Below, one piece after another: positions 41,848-53,263 of a DNA stretch of 64,000 nucleotides (position 1 is the first letter of the stretch; every line of letters starts with the position of its first letter). The translations under genes were made by a program, and so were the position numbers. Source of the DNA: Bacteroidota bacterium (lineage in GTDB: Bacteria > Bacteroidota > Bacteroidia > Chitinophagales > Saprospiraceae); the NCBI GenBank assembly GCA_024642665.1, contig JAHEAR010000021.1, positions 453 through 64,452 of the forward strand. The letters are read 5' to 3'. The notes below the pieces were generated by a model, which had not been told where the DNA came from, ran no database searches, and saw nothing but the letters and a program-made list of their open reading frames with translations.

Positions 41848-41920
41848 GCCCTTTTAGAATTGAAGCGCTGTAAAAGATAGCCGAATTTATTTTCACCATA
41901 AGCCCTTCTTCTTCTCTGCC

Positions 41921-42592
41921 TTAAACAATAACATCTTCATCAATAAAATCAATTTTGATATTTAAATGCTTCGTATAGTCCTCAATAATTTCGAAATCCA
42001 TTTGACTAAAATCCTTCAAGGCAAGCAATAAATCATCCTGAACTGTAGATTTGTTAAACCCGATGATGATTAGTGCTTCTTCTGTATAAACTTCGTCCAG
42101 TACCGGTATCTCTTTTTGTTTGCAGTAGTTTAGAAAGTGGGGAAAAGCATCATAGCTTATTTTGATACTTGCTTTGGTCATGACATGACGTTCAACTTTT
42201 TGAGCGGCTTCAATGGCATTGGCTGTACTGGTTTTGTAAGCTTCTATTAAGCCGGGGATGCCGAGTTTGGTGCCACCAAAGTAGCGAACGACTACAGCAC
42301 AAATATTCGTTAAATCGTTTTTGACAAGCTGACCTAAAATGGGTTTTCCCGCTGAACCGGAAGGCTCCCCATCGTCATTTGATCGTTCAAGAGAAGCATC
42401 CGGATGAAGTCGAAGAGCCGAACAAAAATGACGTGCCTTTGGATGATCTTTTTTAATCGATTGCAGGAACTGACTAAACTCCTCTTCACTTCCAATCGGA
42501 CTTATATAAGCGAGAAACTTACTTCCACGTTCCATGTAATAGCCTTCAGCGGAGGAGGAGATGGTAATGAATTTGTCGCTTCTGTCGGGCAT
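41921..42592 (-). CDS. YigZ/IMPACT family protein
   Basis: GSKF, ARHFC, DDGEPSGSAGKPIL and VVRYFGGTKLG. Confidence 0.93.
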   Translation of the reverse strand: MPDRSDKFITISSSAEGYYMERGSKFLAYISPIGSEEEFSQFLQSIKKDHPKARHFCSALRLHPDASLERSNDDGEPSGSAGKPILGQLVKNDLTNICAVVVRYFGGTKLGIPGLIEAYKTSTANAIEAAQKVERHVMTKASIKISYDAFPHFLNYCKQKEIPVLDEVYTEEALIIIGFNKSTVQDDLLLALKDFSQMDFEIIEDYTKHLNIKIDFIDEDVIV

Positions 42593-42598
42593 ATTGAG

Positions 42599-42815
42599 TG
42601 ATGTGGTGATTAGGTGATTTAGTTATTTAATGATTTCGTGATGAGGTCATATGTCGATTTAGTTTATTACCTCTCTGATCTATGCCTTCCGCTGAACTGA
42701 GCCCCATGCTATGCGCCCTTTGCCTATCGCCACCTGTTCTGCGTGTCTAATATTCTTATGTCCCATTGTTTAAATGATTATCTTTTAATCACTACATCAC
42801 CTAATCACCACATCA
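42599..42815. repeat. Inverted pair of octamer tandem arrays (20-bp perfect core)
   Basis: TGATGTGGTGATTAGGTGAT (42599-42618) versus ATCACCTAATCACCACATCA (42796-42815). Confidence 0.8.
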
Positions 42816-42860
42816 ATCAATCTGTCTAAGGTCTCAGGTCAAAAAGTCTCATGTCTCCTT

Positions 42861-43745
42861 TCACTGATGTTGCAAATGGGCATAAGCAATCAAAAGAATG
42901 GCAATAGTCGCAAACGTTACACCAATCCAATTTATGCGGCTAAGTTTTTCACGAAAAGCCATGACAGCCGTCAGCGTGGAAAGCAACAGGACAGTGACAT
43001 TGATCATCGGGTACAGAATCGAACCATTCCAGCCCTGGTTGAGCATGACCATGAGCAAATAGATCGAAAAGAAATTGGGAATGCCCAGAAGGATACCACC
43101 GATCACATCTCTGGAGGTGATCTTTAGTTTTTTTCTCAAAAATAACCATCCAAAGGATATCCAGCCAAAGACGGCCGCACTCCCAAAAGCATGTGTAGTA
43201 AATGCCAATTGGGATTCACCGGTGATCCCTGTTTTTTCAACAAAAAATAGCAGGATTTCAATAACAGCAGCCAGCACTAACACAATCATTAATATCCAGG
43301 GAAACGGTGTGTCACCTGCCAGATTGAATTTTTTTCCTTTTTGGTTTATGGCGATAATGGCCAGAATAGCAAGTGTAATACCTGAGATCTCCAATAATCC
43401 AAAATGCTCATGAAAAAACACTACCGTATAGGTGACCGTAAGGATCAGGGACATACGCTGCATTAATGAGGTCAGCGTGATCCCGGCGGTTTGAATAGCA
43501 TATGCATTTAAATTGAAGCCAACGATAAACAAGGCGCCCAGGATAACATCGAATTTGAACCAGGGGGATGTGATGATATCGCTTGAAAAAGGAACACTGA
43601 CCTGTGGATCGAGCAGCGTGCCCAGCATAAGGCAAACCGTGTAATTGATCACGATCGCATTAAAGGTGTTTACCTTGAAACGGGAGAAGAGCTTTAGGCC
43701 AATACCGATCAGGGTAGATGCTATAATATCCCAAAAGAAGATCAT
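42861..43745 (-). CDS. EamA/DMT family transporter
   Basis: About ten TM segments; INY, GIPNFFSIY and FREKLSRINWIG. Confidence 0.8.
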   Translation of the reverse strand: MIFFWDIIASTLIGIGLKLFSRFKVNTFNAIVINYTVCLMLGTLLDPQVSVPFSSDIITSPWFKFDVILGALFIVGFNLNAYAIQTAGITLTSLMQRMSLILTVTYTVVFFHEHFGLLEISGITLAILAIIAINQKGKKFNLAGDTPFPWILMIVLVLAAVIEILLFFVEKTGITGESQLAFTTHAFGSAAVFGWISFGWLFLRKKLKITSRDVIGGILLGIPNFFSIYLLMVMLNQGWNGSILYPMINVTVLLLSTLTAVMAFREKLSRINWIGVTFATIAILLIAYAHLQHQ

Positions 43746-43878
43746 CCGAATATTGGTTTAGGTCTCTATTAACAGGCCAAAATTAATTTTTTGATAATCT
43801 TTGTACCTGATTTTGCTGTTTACCAGCTGATCATCATTCATTTTTACTTCATCGTACAACTTTATATATCTATCATCC

Positions 43879-44415
43879 GTGGAACAAAGTCTTAGCCAAT
43901 ACGATAGTGTCATCCATACCTGCAAGGCCTTATTCCTTCGTAAAAACAAGGATTACGGTACGGCATGGCGGATACTCAGACTATCTTCTCTCACAGACCA
44001 AATCTACATCAAGGCTTCCCGCGTCAGAACGATCGAAGAACAAGGTACACGTAAAGTGGAAGACCGCGTGGAGGATGAATATATAGGCATGATCAACTAC
44101 TGCCTGATGGCGCTTATCCAGCATGATCTGGAGGATGGTGCCGAGCAAGATATCCCTATTGCGGTACTGGAGCCTTTATATGATACCTGCGTCAGTAAGA
44201 CCAGACAGCTTTTTCAGGATAAAAACCATGACTACGGGGAGATTTGGCGGGATATGCGGATCAGTAGCTATACGGATCTGATTCTGATGAAGATCCTCCG
44301 CATCAAACAGATAGAAAATAACGAAGGACTTCTTCTGGCTTCAGAGGGAGTAGATGCCAATTATATGGACATCATCAATTATTGCATTTTTGCGTTAATC
44401 CGTTTAGAAGAATAA
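43879..44415 (+). CDS. DUF1599 protein (two tandem copies of the domain)
   Basis: Duplicated K-N-x-DYG-x-x-WR motif: KNKDYGTAWR and KNHDYGEIWR. Confidence 0.88.
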   Translation: MEQSLSQYDSVIHTCKALFLRKNKDYGTAWRILRLSSLTDQIYIKASRVRTIEEQGTRKVEDRVEDEYIGMINYCLMALIQHDLEDGAEQDIPIAVLEPLYDTCVSKTRQLFQDKNHDYGEIWRDMRISSYTDLILMKILRIKQIENNEGLLLASEGVDANYMDIINYCIFALIRLEE

Positions 44416-44423
44416 CAAACCAT

Positions 44424-45896
44424 ATGACACTTCAAGTTCTCATTTTATACATTGCCATTATTGCCATCGTACTCACTGCGTTAATTGGTTTTTTGAAAAA
44501 AGGCCATAAAAACTGGGGGATGACTTTCCTTCAAAACTTCACCGGTGTGCTGTTTATCATTTCCGGTTTAGTCAAGGCGGTTGATCCCATGGGTACTGCC
44601 TTTAAGATGGAGCAATATTTTACAGAATTTCAGTACACGTTTGCTGATACTGCGATGAGTTTTATAGCGCCGATATTCCCCTTTTTGAGCAGTATATCGC
44701 TTGTGTTTTCGGTCGGTATGATTCTGTTCGAGATAGTCCTTGGACTGATGCTGATTATTGGCTATAAATCAAAACTGACGAGTTGGGCGTTCCTTCTTCT
44801 GGTGGTCTTTTTTACCATTCTGACCGGCTTTACCTACATGACCGGATACGTGCCGGGGGATGTCAATTTCTTTCAATTTGGAGACTGGGGCCCTTATACG
44901 GCCACGAATATGAGAGTAACGGATTGTGGATGTTTCGGAGATTTTATCAAGTTGGAACCAAAGACTTCGTTTTTTAAGGATATCGTTTTGCTGGTACCGG
45001 CTATCTATTTTGTTTTTCGTCATAAGGACATGCATCAGTTGTTTACACCTAAAATGGGTATGTCAATCGTTAGCGCGACAACGGTTTTTCTTCTGTTTTT
45101 CTGTCTGAGTGGTTTCTATTGGGGATTACCCATGGTCGATTTCAGACCTTTTAGCGTAGGCACTGATTTATATGAAAAGAAAACGCTCGAGGAAGAGGCC
45201 GCAGCTTCTGTGACGGTGGTCGCCTGGAAAATTCAAAACAGAGAAAGCGGGGAGATTCAGGAGATTCCTAATGCAGATTTCCTGAAGAATCTGGCGAATT
45301 ATCCGAAGGATAAATGGGAGGTGCTTGAGCAAATCAAAACAGAACCGGCTATTCCGGCTACCAAAGTGAGTGAGTTTTCAATCATGAGTCACGATGGATT
45401 TGATCTGGCGGAAGATATTCTGACCGATGAGGGAGATGTATTCCTTATTGTTGCCTATAAATTAAAAGGAGAACCATACGATGAATCGATCATGGTCTCT
45501 GATACAGTTTGGGTAGTCGATTCCCTGAATGTAGGGACAGATAGTCTTATGCTGGTTAAAAGCATTGACAAAATCGATTCACACAAAGAGATTATTGAAA
45601 GATACAAGTGGGACGAAGATTATATCAAATGGTATACGGACAAGGTAAATCCATTGATGGACAACGTCATGCAACAAGGTGCTACGGTATACGCACTGGC
45701 TGGTGGGGCAGGAGAGGAAAAGCTGGCTTCCTTTAAGGAGGCTACAGACAGTCGGGTAGAATGGTATGAAGTGGATGATATTCTGTTGAAGACAATCATT
45801 CGTTCCAACCCGGGGGTAGTCCATCTAAAAGGTGGTAAAGTGATGAACAAGTGGCATATCAAACACCTGCCAAAAACCTTGGATTTAGAAAAATAG
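44424..45896 (+). CDS. DoxX/MauE-like membrane protein with a periplasmic domain (BT_3928-like)
   Basis: SGLVKAVDP, DCGCFGD, DFRPF and IIRSNPG; ATG at 44424 just after the DUF1599 stop. Confidence 0.8.
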   Translation: MTLQVLILYIAIIAIVLTALIGFLKKGHKNWGMTFLQNFTGVLFIISGLVKAVDPMGTAFKMEQYFTEFQYTFADTAMSFIAPIFPFLSSISLVFSVGMILFEIVLGLMLIIGYKSKLTSWAFLLLVVFFTILTGFTYMTGYVPGDVNFFQFGDWGPYTATNMRVTDCGCFGDFIKLEPKTSFFKDIVLLVPAIYFVFRHKDMHQLFTPKMGMSIVSATTVFLLFFCLSGFYWGLPMVDFRPFSVGTDLYEKKTLEEEAAASVTVVAWKIQNRESGEIQEIPNADFLKNLANYPKDKWEVLEQIKTEPAIPATKVSEFSIMSHDGFDLAEDILTDEGDVFLIVAYKLKGEPYDESIMVSDTVWVVDSLNVGTDSLMLVKSIDKIDSHKEIIERYKWDEDYIKWYTDKVNPLMDNVMQQGATVYALAGGAGEEKLASFKEATDSRVEWYEVDDILLKTIIRSNPGVVHLKGGKVMNKWHIKHLPKTLDLEK

Positions 45897-46021
45897 TCCG
45901 TTAAACCGACTGCTTAAGGCAACATATTTGTAAAATTATTATTCGTTTTACTTCAGTAAGTTCAAATATGTTTTAATTTCGCGGAATAATGTTCGTTGAA
46001 TCAATCTGAGGCATAACCGAT

Positions 46022-46960
46022 ATGGTAAGTAGGAGAAGTATAAGGGTTAAGATCATGCAATTACTTTATTCCCTGGATCGAGACCCCGGTGTTAATGCAA
46101 ATGAGCTGCTTAAAAGCTATGACAAATCAGTAGATCTGGCCTACGAAAGCCTGTTGTTTAACCTCTTCCTCTTATTAGAAGTATTTCATCAATCTGTAGC
46201 TGACAGGGATGCGCGCCATGGTAAATTGAGACCGGGGGCTGATGATCCTTTGTGGAATGCAAAACTGTACCAGAATTCATTGGTGCAAAGTCTGGTGCAA
46301 AACAACTCATTGCAGGGTTATTTTAAAAAACGATTTGGCGCTATCAAACCGGATCAGGATCTGATGATGAAGATCTATAAGACCTTTTCAAAAACCCCGG
46401 AATATCGCGAATATGTCCTTGGGGAAACTGATGAAGCAGCCCACCGCGAATTTTTACTGAATACCTACAGAGATCTCCGTAAAAATGAGATTTATGAAGA
46501 AATTATTGACGAACAATACTCCTTTTGGCTGGAGGATAAATCACTCGTCATAGGTGCTATAAAGAAAATCATCAAGCAGCTGCCGGAAGTCAATGAGAAG
46601 TTTTATGAGGAATACCTTCCTGATGATGAAACTGTTCTAGAATTTGGTCGCAGATTGTTGGAGGTGACGATGGAGCAAGCAGATGTTTTGGAGAAACTCA
46701 TTGAACCTACGCTTAAAAACTGGGAGATGGAGCGCCTTGCTATTCTTGATGTGATCATCATAAAGATGGCCTTAGTGGAGTTCATTTATTTTCCAACGAT
46801 TCCAACCAAGGTAACGCTCGATGAGTATGTTGACATCTCAAAAGAGTACAGCACACCAAAAAGCAAGGACTTTGTCAATGGAATTTTAGATACACTGATG
46901 AAATCACTTTTGGAAGAAGGCAATATTCAGAAAGAAGGTCGGGGACTCTTAGAAGATTAA
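46022..46960 (+). CDS. nusB: Transcription antitermination factor NusB (long Bacteroidota form)
   Basis: N-terminal SRRSIRVKIMQ; C-terminal IPTKVTLDEY...KEYST...FVNGILD. Confidence 0.92.
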   Translation: MVSRRSIRVKIMQLLYSLDRDPGVNANELLKSYDKSVDLAYESLLFNLFLLLEVFHQSVADRDARHGKLRPGADDPLWNAKLYQNSLVQSLVQNNSLQGYFKKRFGAIKPDQDLMMKIYKTFSKTPEYREYVLGETDEAAHREFLLNTYRDLRKNEIYEEIIDEQYSFWLEDKSLVIGAIKKIIKQLPEVNEKFYEEYLPDDETVLEFGRRLLEVTMEQADVLEKLIEPTLKNWEMERLAILDVIIIKMALVEFIYFPTIPTKVTLDEYVDISKEYSTPKSKDFVNGILDTLMKSLLEEGNIQKEGRGLLED

Positions 46961-47029
46961 TCGGTCGTGAGTAGTTTGATTTGACAAGCTAAATTATTCA
47001 TACAACTATAAAATTTTAGCCATACCCTG

Positions 47030-48574
47030 ATGAAGGAAAAAGTACTCATACTTGACTTCGGAGCGCAATACACGCAGTTGATCGCCCGCCGTGTCCGTGA
47101 ACTGGAAATCTACAGTGAAATCATTCCTTACAATGCCCTGCCGGAAACTATTCCTTCAGATGTAAAAGCATTAATCCTTTCGGGAAGTCCATTTTCGGTG
47201 CGTGATGAAAATGCCCTTAAGCCTGATATATCAGCATGGGTTGGCAAGATGCCTATCCTTGGCATTTGCTATGGTGCACAATATATCGCTGATACGTTTG
47301 GAGGTGAAGTCGCGCGCTCTGATCGCCGTGAATACGGAAAAGCTCACCTGAATATCCTGAATGCAAACCATCCTCTTTTTGTAAATATGCCTCAGGACTC
47401 TCAGATCTGGATGTCACATGGAGATACCATTCTGGAAATGCCAAAAGGATTTGAATTGCTTGCCAACACAGAAAGTATTCCGGTGGCTGCCTACGCCAGT
47501 CAACCCGGACAATTTGGCGAAATGATTTGCTGCGTGCAGTTTCATCCTGAAGTGACCCATTCTCTGGATGGCCAGGTGATGCTATCTAATTTCCTCAGAG
47601 GGATAGCAGGGCTTACTGAGCGATGGACGCCTGATCAGTTTATTGAAGAGACCATTGAAAATATTAGGGGGCTCACGAATGGAGAAGAAGTGCTAATGGC
47701 ACTTTCAGGTGGTGTAGATAGTACCGTCGGCGCGATTCTATTGCATAAGGCAATAGGTGATAAGCTCCACTGTTTTTTTGTTGATAATGGCTTATTACGA
47801 AAAAATGAATTTGAAGAAGTGCTTAAAAATTATGAAGGCATGGGACTCAATATTCATGGGATTGATGCAAAAGAAAAGTTTTATACTGCACTGAAAGACG
47901 TGACGGATCCTGAGTCAAAAAGGAAAGCCATCGGCAGATTGTTTATTGAAGTTTTTGAAGAGGAAGCTGCGGCTTACCCGGAAGTCAAATGGCTTGGACA
48001 AGGAACAATATATCCCGATGTCATTGAATCTGTCTCCGTGCATGGGCCATCCGCCACTATCAAATCGCACCACAATGTTGGTGGGTTGCCGGAGCATTTA
48101 AAATTAAAGATTGTTGAGCCATTGCGCATGTTGTTTAAGGACGAGGTGCGCCAGGTCGGAAAAGCACTTGGGATCAATAAAGATTTACTCGGCAGACATC
48201 CATTTCCCGGACCCGGATTAGCAATACGGATAATCAGTGATGTCACGCCGGAAAAAGTCAGAACACTTCAGGAGGCAGATGCTATTTATACCGCCATTCT
48301 TCGCAAGCATGGCTGGTATGATAAAATCTGGCAATCCGGGGCAATATTGCTCCCGGTTTTATCCGTTGGAGTCATGGGTGATGAGCGGAGTTATGAAAAT
48401 GCAGTGGCGCTCAGAGCGGTCAATTCAATGGATGGCATGACGGCTGAGTGGAGTAAAATTCCACACGAAATACTTGCTGAGATTTCCAGTGAGATCATTA
48501 ATAAAGTAAAGGGCATCAACAGAGTCGTCTATGATATCAGTACAAAGCCACCGGCTACGATTGAATGGGAATAA
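47030..48574 (+). CDS. guaA: GMP synthase (glutamine-hydrolysing)
   Basis: [31 protein letters not shown] and KPPATIEWE. Confidence 0.98.
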   Translation: MKEKVLILDFGAQYTQLIARRVRELEIYSEIIPYNALPETIPSDVKALILSGSPFSVRDENALKPDISAWVGKMPILGICYGAQYIADTFGGEVARSDRREYGKAHLNILNANHPLFVNMPQDSQIWMSHGDTILEMPKGFELLANTESIPVAAYASQPGQFGEMICCVQFHPEVTHSLDGQVMLSNFLRGIAGLTERWTPDQFIEETIENIRGLTNGEEVLMALSGGVDSTVGAILLHKAIGDKLHCFFVDNGLLRKNEFEEVLKNYEGMGLNIHGIDAKEKFYTALKDVTDPESKRKAIGRLFIEVFEEEAAAYPEVKWLGQGTIYPDVIESVSVHGPSATIKSHHNVGGLPEHLKLKIVEPLRMLFKDEVRQVGKALGINKDLLGRHPFPGPGLAIRIISDVTPEKVRTLQEADAIYTAILRKHGWYDKIWQSGAILLPVLSVGVMGDERSYENAVALRAVNSMDGMTAEWSKIPHEILAEISSEIINKVKGINRVVYDISTKPPATIEWE

Positions 48575-49934
48575 TCACTATCTCCTTGTATTGGCGATTG
48601 CATTGATCTGTTCCTGCACTTCTCAAAAGCGCACAATTGACAAGCCGGTCACTACGAAGGATCCTAAATTGGAACAGGCCGGGGAGATGGTTGAAAAGTA
48701 TGATCCGGCTACCGGCAAAATAATTCTTGTTCCTAGCGATGAGATAGTCGTGGATACGGTGCGATGGGTGGAAGATAGTACTCCCCCCATTGTCACGGAT
48801 GAAGATGTGAAGAGCATAATGCCGACTGCTGATCATCCGGTAGAGATCGCCTTGCTGATGCCATTTGATGCTTCCCGGGCTCCACTGTTCAGTGAGCAAC
48901 AGGATCCAAAACTAAATCGGTATTTACATTACTATGGGGGGATCGTACTGGCACTAGATGATCTGAAAGCATTGAATCTTCCGATTAACATCCAGGCTTT
49001 TGATGCTGAAGCGGTGACTAATTCGTTTCCAACGCTTTCTAAAAAGAGGGCTATACAACAGGCAGATGTTATCGTAGGGCCATACGAGAAAAGGGATATT
49101 GAAAGTTATGCTGCGCTGGGGCTGGCCAATGAAACCATGGTGATTTCCCCATGGCGTCCGGCGTTTCGCACAGAAGGTGAAAATCCATTCTTTCTCCAAT
49201 TATATGCCGGATTGGAAGCGCATGCGGAAGCCCTTATAACGTATATTCAAGAACAATACAGTGATGATGACGTGTATGTGGTAGGTCGGGATGCTGAAAG
49301 TGAACGAAATCGTGTGAAACTTTTTACGGAGAGTGATTCGCAGCTCTTTAAAGAACTGATTGTGACCGATACCACTCCTGATTTAATGGAAACGGATGTG
49401 CGAATCCTAATGGATACGCTTGAAACGACCGTTTTTGTTTTACCGTATTATTCAAGATCAGATGAAGCTTTTGTCAATGAATTTCTGAGGAAGCTGCATG
49501 AGGTCAATAATGTTCGCGATATCGTTGTTTTTGGCTTACCTCAATGGGTCGGTTTTACAAATCTCAATCCTAATTATCTGGAAAGCCTGGATCTGCATTT
49601 GAGTATTTCTTCCTTCATTGATGTTGATCATCCCGGGTATGATGATTTCAGAAAAAGGTTTTTCAACAAGTTTCATGTAGTTCCGGATATAAATGCCTTT
49701 ATGGGATATGATTTTATGGTGTGGTTGGCAAAATCAGTGAGTAAAGAAGGGCCGGAAGGGTTGATTCACCATCAAGACTTATTCAATGATGGATTTGCTT
49801 CTGGTTTTAATCTGCAACCTGTCTACAATGAGCATACGATTGAACTGAAAGAGATGAAAGTCCCATTATACTATGAAAACCGAAGGATAAGAATACTTCG
49901 CTATCAGGAACAGGATTTTAAATTGATTCGGTAG
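48531..49934 (+). CDS. Lipoprotein with a type I periplasmic-binding-protein-like fold (start 48531 or TTG 48561)
   Basis: Lipobox-like ICSC; IALLMPF, ADVIVGP, VISP and AFMGYD patterns. Confidence 0.65.
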   Translation: MISVQSHRLRLNGNNHYLLVLAIALICSCTSQKRTIDKPVTTKDPKLEQAGEMVEKYDPATGKIILVPSDEIVVDTVRWVEDSTPPIVTDEDVKSIMPTADHPVEIALLMPFDASRAPLFSEQQDPKLNRYLHYYGGIVLALDDLKALNLPINIQAFDAEAVTNSFPTLSKKRAIQQADVIVGPYEKRDIESYAALGLANETMVISPWRPAFRTEGENPFFLQLYAGLEAHAEALITYIQEQYSDDDVYVVGRDAESERNRVKLFTESDSQLFKELIVTDTTPDLMETDVRILMDTLETTVFVLPYYSRSDEAFVNEFLRKLHEVNNVRDIVVFGLPQWVGFTNLNPNYLESLDLHLSISSFIDVDHPGYDDFRKRFFNKFHVVPDINAFMGYDFMVWLAKSVSKEGPEGLIHHQDLFNDGFASGFNLQPVYNEHTIELKEMKVPLYYENRRIRILRYQEQDFKLIR

Positions 49935-49935
49935 T

Positions 49936-51153
49936 TCAGGCTAGTGTGCTCAATGCCTCAGCAATCCGCTGTGCAGCATCCTTTATTTTAGCATCAGAAG
50001 TGGCATAGGATAATCTGATGCAATCAGGATTTCCAAAAGCGACCCCTGAAACTGTACTGACGTGTGCCTCCGACAGTAGAAACAAACTCATATCATCTGC
50101 GTCTTTGACATGATATCCTGTTGCCGATGTTTTACCAAAATAGCCCGATACATCAGGAAAAATATAAAATGCTCCCTGCGGGCGGTTAACGCGCAATAGC
50201 GGGATTTCTTCGAGCAGTCTGATGATGAGATCTCTTCGGCTTTTAAATGCTTTCACCATATCATGGGTTGGTCCATGATCAGCTGCCAGACCAACAGCAG
50301 CTGCTTTCTGTCCAAAGGAAGTCGCCCCACTAGTCACCTGCCCTTGTATTTTGGTGCAAGCCTTGGCAATCCATTCAGGACCGGCAGTATAGCCTAATCG
50401 CCACCCGGTCATCGCATAGCCTTTAGCCATACCATTAATAATGACCGTGCGATCTTTCATGCCTTCCAGAGCAGCTATCGTATAGTGATGATTGGTGAAA
50501 TTTATATGTTGGTATATCTCATCAGAAATGACGTACACATGTGGATGTCTCCGGAGCATGGCTGCCAGGGCCTCAAGTTCCTCCAGATTCAATACGGAAC
50601 CACTTGGATTACATGGGGAAGAGTATAAAATAAATTTTGTTCGCTCAGTGATGCCGGCTTCAATAGCCTCCGGAGAGCACTTAAAGTCATCATCAATCGA
50701 AGATGGAATCACAACCGGCGTAGCGCCTACCATTTTGACAATGCCATCATAAGATACCCAGTAAGGCGCTGGAAGGATAACTTCATCTCCAGGATCAAGA
50801 AGTGCTCTGCAAAGATTATAGACACTCTGTTTGGCTCCATTGGAGACCACAATTTCATTAAGGGAGTATTGAAGATTGTACTCTCTTGCAAGTTTGTCGA
50901 CAATAGCCTGCCTTAATTCAACCAATCCATTGACAGGGGTATATTTGGTATACCCTTCATCTAATGCGATTTTTGCTGCTTCCTTAATATGATGTGGGGT
51001 GTCAAAATCCGGTTCGCCAAGACTTAGGTCAATGATGTCCAATCCCTGAGCTTTTAATTCACGGGCCATGGAGGCCATTTTCAGCGTGGCTGATTCTTCC
51101 ATATCCCGAACAAGTTTGGAGACAGTTGGGGTTGATAGCTGACTTTCCTTCAT
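49936..51153 (-). CDS. aspC: Aspartate aminotransferase family (class I/II PLP enzyme)
   Basis: LGEPDFDTP, GAKQS, PCNPSG, SDEIY and KGYAMTGWRLGY. Confidence 0.88.
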   Translation of the reverse strand: MKESQLSTPTVSKLVRDMEESATLKMASMARELKAQGLDIIDLSLGEPDFDTPHHIKEAAKIALDEGYTKYTPVNGLVELRQAIVDKLAREYNLQYSLNEIVVSNGAKQSVYNLCRALLDPGDEVILPAPYWVSYDGIVKMVGATPVVIPSSIDDDFKCSPEAIEAGITERTKFILYSSPCNPSGSVLNLEELEALAAMLRRHPHVYVISDEIYQHINFTNHHYTIAALEGMKDRTVIINGMAKGYAMTGWRLGYTAGPEWIAKACTKIQGQVTSGATSFGQKAAAVGLAADHGPTHDMVKAFKSRRDLIIRLLEEIPLLRVNRPQGAFYIFPDVSGYFGKTSATGYHVKDADDMSLFLLSEAHVSTVSGVAFGNPDCIRLSYATSDAKIKDAAQRIAEALSTLA

Positions 51154-51196
51154 TTTGTAGGTTTATTCTTTATTTTGGCGCTAAGTTACCAACAGT

Positions 51197-52738
51197 ATGG
51201 ATAAGAAAAAGCAAGAATTAACCAGAAGACAAGATCAGGCCGCTTTAGGTGGTGGTCAGGACAGGATTGAAAAGCAGCATGCAAAGGGAAAGCTCTCTGC
51301 CAGAGAGCGTATTCAATTACTGTTTGATGAAAATACTTTTGAGGAAATCGGAATGATGGTTGTGCATCGATCCACCGATTTTGGTCTGGATCGTCAGAAA
51401 ATTTATGGAGACGGGGTGGTGACAGGCTATGGCACCATTGATGGTCGATTGGTATATGCGTATGCTCAGGATTTTACGGTATTTGGTGGTTCCTTATCAG
51501 AAACACATGCGGAGAAGATCTGTAAGATCATGGATCTTGCGGTTGAAAACGGAGTACCCTTGATTGGATTGAATGATAGTGGTGGTGCCAGGATACAAGA
51601 AGGAGTGCGCTCTTTAGGAGGGTATGCAGATATCTTCTACCGAAATGTGCGAGCCTCAGGTGTGATTCCTCAGATCAGTGCGATCATGGGACCTTGTGCC
51701 GGAGGAGCCGTCTATAGCCCTGCCATGACAGATTTTACAATCATGGTAGAAGGAAGTTCTTATATGTTCGTGACCGGCCCTAATGTGGTCAAAACGGTAA
51801 CCAATGAAGAAGTGACGAGTGAGGAGTTGGGTGGAGCCATGACGCATGCTACTAAATCCGGCGTAACCCACCTTACCGCGGCCAATGATGTGGATTGTAT
51901 TAAACAGATACAACAATTACTAAGCTATCTGCCACAGTCCAATGGCAATAAACCAAGCATTAATGGTTTTGTATTGAGCGATGAATTGCGTCCGAAGTTA
52001 AATGATATTATGCCGGAGAGTTCAACGACACCCTATGATATGCGTCATGTGATTACTGAATTAGTAGATGTGGATAGTTTTATGGAAATCCACGAACATT
52101 TTGCTTCCAATATTATTGTGGGATTTGGAAGAGTGGCAGGTATGTCAATTGGTATTGTTGCCAATCAACCAATGCACCTTGCCGGTGTATTGGATACCGA
52201 TGCCTCCAGAAAAGCAGCACGATTCGTTCGGACGTGTGATTGTTTTAATATTCCATTGCTTGTGCTTGTGGATGTTCCCGGTTTTCTGCCCGGCACCGAT
52301 CAGGAATGGAATGGGGTTATTCACCACGGGGCCAAACTTCTGTATGCCTTTAGTGATGCCACAGTGCCGCGTATCACACTGATCACCAGAAAAGCATATG
52401 GTGGGGCTTATGATGTAATGAATTCAAAACACATAGGAGCGGATATGAATTTCGCCTGGCCAACTGCTGAAATCGCGGTGATGGGCGCCAAGGGAGCCAC
52501 AGAAATTATTTTCAAAAAAGAAATAAGCAGTGCTGATGATCCACAGGCGACCTTAATCGAAATGGAAAAGGAGTACAGTGATATGTTTGCTAACCCATAC
52601 AAGGCAGCAGAAAGAGGTTTCGTAGATGAAGTGATCTTACCTGAAGAGTCAAGACGGAAAATCATTAAAGCGTTTTCCTTGCTGGCCAATAAAAAGAAAT
52701 TAACACCGGATCGAAAACACGGCAATATTCCGCTATAA
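51197..52738 (+). CDS. pccB: Acyl-CoA carboxylase carboxyltransferase (propionyl-CoA carboxylase beta type)
   Basis: [35 protein letters not shown] and KHGNIPL. Confidence 0.9.
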   Translation: MDKKKQELTRRQDQAALGGGQDRIEKQHAKGKLSARERIQLLFDENTFEEIGMMVVHRSTDFGLDRQKIYGDGVVTGYGTIDGRLVYAYAQDFTVFGGSLSETHAEKICKIMDLAVENGVPLIGLNDSGGARIQEGVRSLGGYADIFYRNVRASGVIPQISAIMGPCAGGAVYSPAMTDFTIMVEGSSYMFVTGPNVVKTVTNEEVTSEELGGAMTHATKSGVTHLTAANDVDCIKQIQQLLSYLPQSNGNKPSINGFVLSDELRPKLNDIMPESSTTPYDMRHVITELVDVDSFMEIHEHFASNIIVGFGRVAGMSIGIVANQPMHLAGVLDTDASRKAARFVRTCDCFNIPLLVLVDVPGFLPGTDQEWNGVIHHGAKLLYAFSDATVPRITLITRKAYGGAYDVMNSKHIGADMNFAWPTAEIAVMGAKGATEIIFKKEISSADDPQATLIEMEKEYSDMFANPYKAAERGFVDEVILPEESRRKIIKAFSLLANKKKLTPDRKHGNIPL

Positions 52739-52748
52739 AAATCTGTAG

Positions 52749-53222
52749 ATGAAATCACATTTGATCGATATGTTTCTTTTTAACAGAGAAGCCAATAGTA
52801 AGATGGTTTCCTCCTTTGTAGATATTTCCGGCAATGGTGAAATACTGAAGCACTTGAGTCACTTAGCCAATTGTCAATACAAATGGTTGGGAAGAATCAG
52901 AACTTTTCCGGAAGCAGAAAGTGTCAGTTGGTGGGAACCGGTCTATGAGGCAGATGAATTGTTACAGCATATTTCACAGAGTACACAATTTTGGTTAGAC
53001 TATTTAAATGGCTTGAACGAAGAGGATTTAGAGAACAGAATCAACTTTGCCCGAGGAGCTTCCGGATCGGCCGAAGTCTCTATAAAGGATATTGCCCTTC
53101 AGTTGATCTTTCACTCCTTTCATCATCGGGCACAGATACAAATGATGATCAGAGAAAAAGGGATACCTCCGGAGGGCATCGATTACATCCGATCCAGGAT
53201 GATAAAAAAAGGGGAGAGCTGA
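52749..53222 (+). CDS. DinB/YfiT family protein
   Basis: HLANCQYKWLGR, HSFHHRAQI and DYI. Confidence 0.85.
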   Translation: MKSHLIDMFLFNREANSKMVSSFVDISGNGEILKHLSHLANCQYKWLGRIRTFPEAESVSWWEPVYEADELLQHISQSTQFWLDYLNGLNEEDLENRINFARGASGSAEVSIKDIALQLIFHSFHHRAQIQMMIREKGIPPEGIDYIRSRMIKKGES

Positions 53223-53241
53223 TACAGCTTTCCCCTTTTTT
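53204..53241. terminator. Bidirectional terminator between convergent genes
   Basis: AAAAAAGGGGAGAGCTG-ata-CAGCTTTCCCCTTTTTT, overlapping the DinB stop codon. Confidence 0.75.
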
Positions 53242-53263
53242 ATTTTTATTGATGTTGCTCGGA

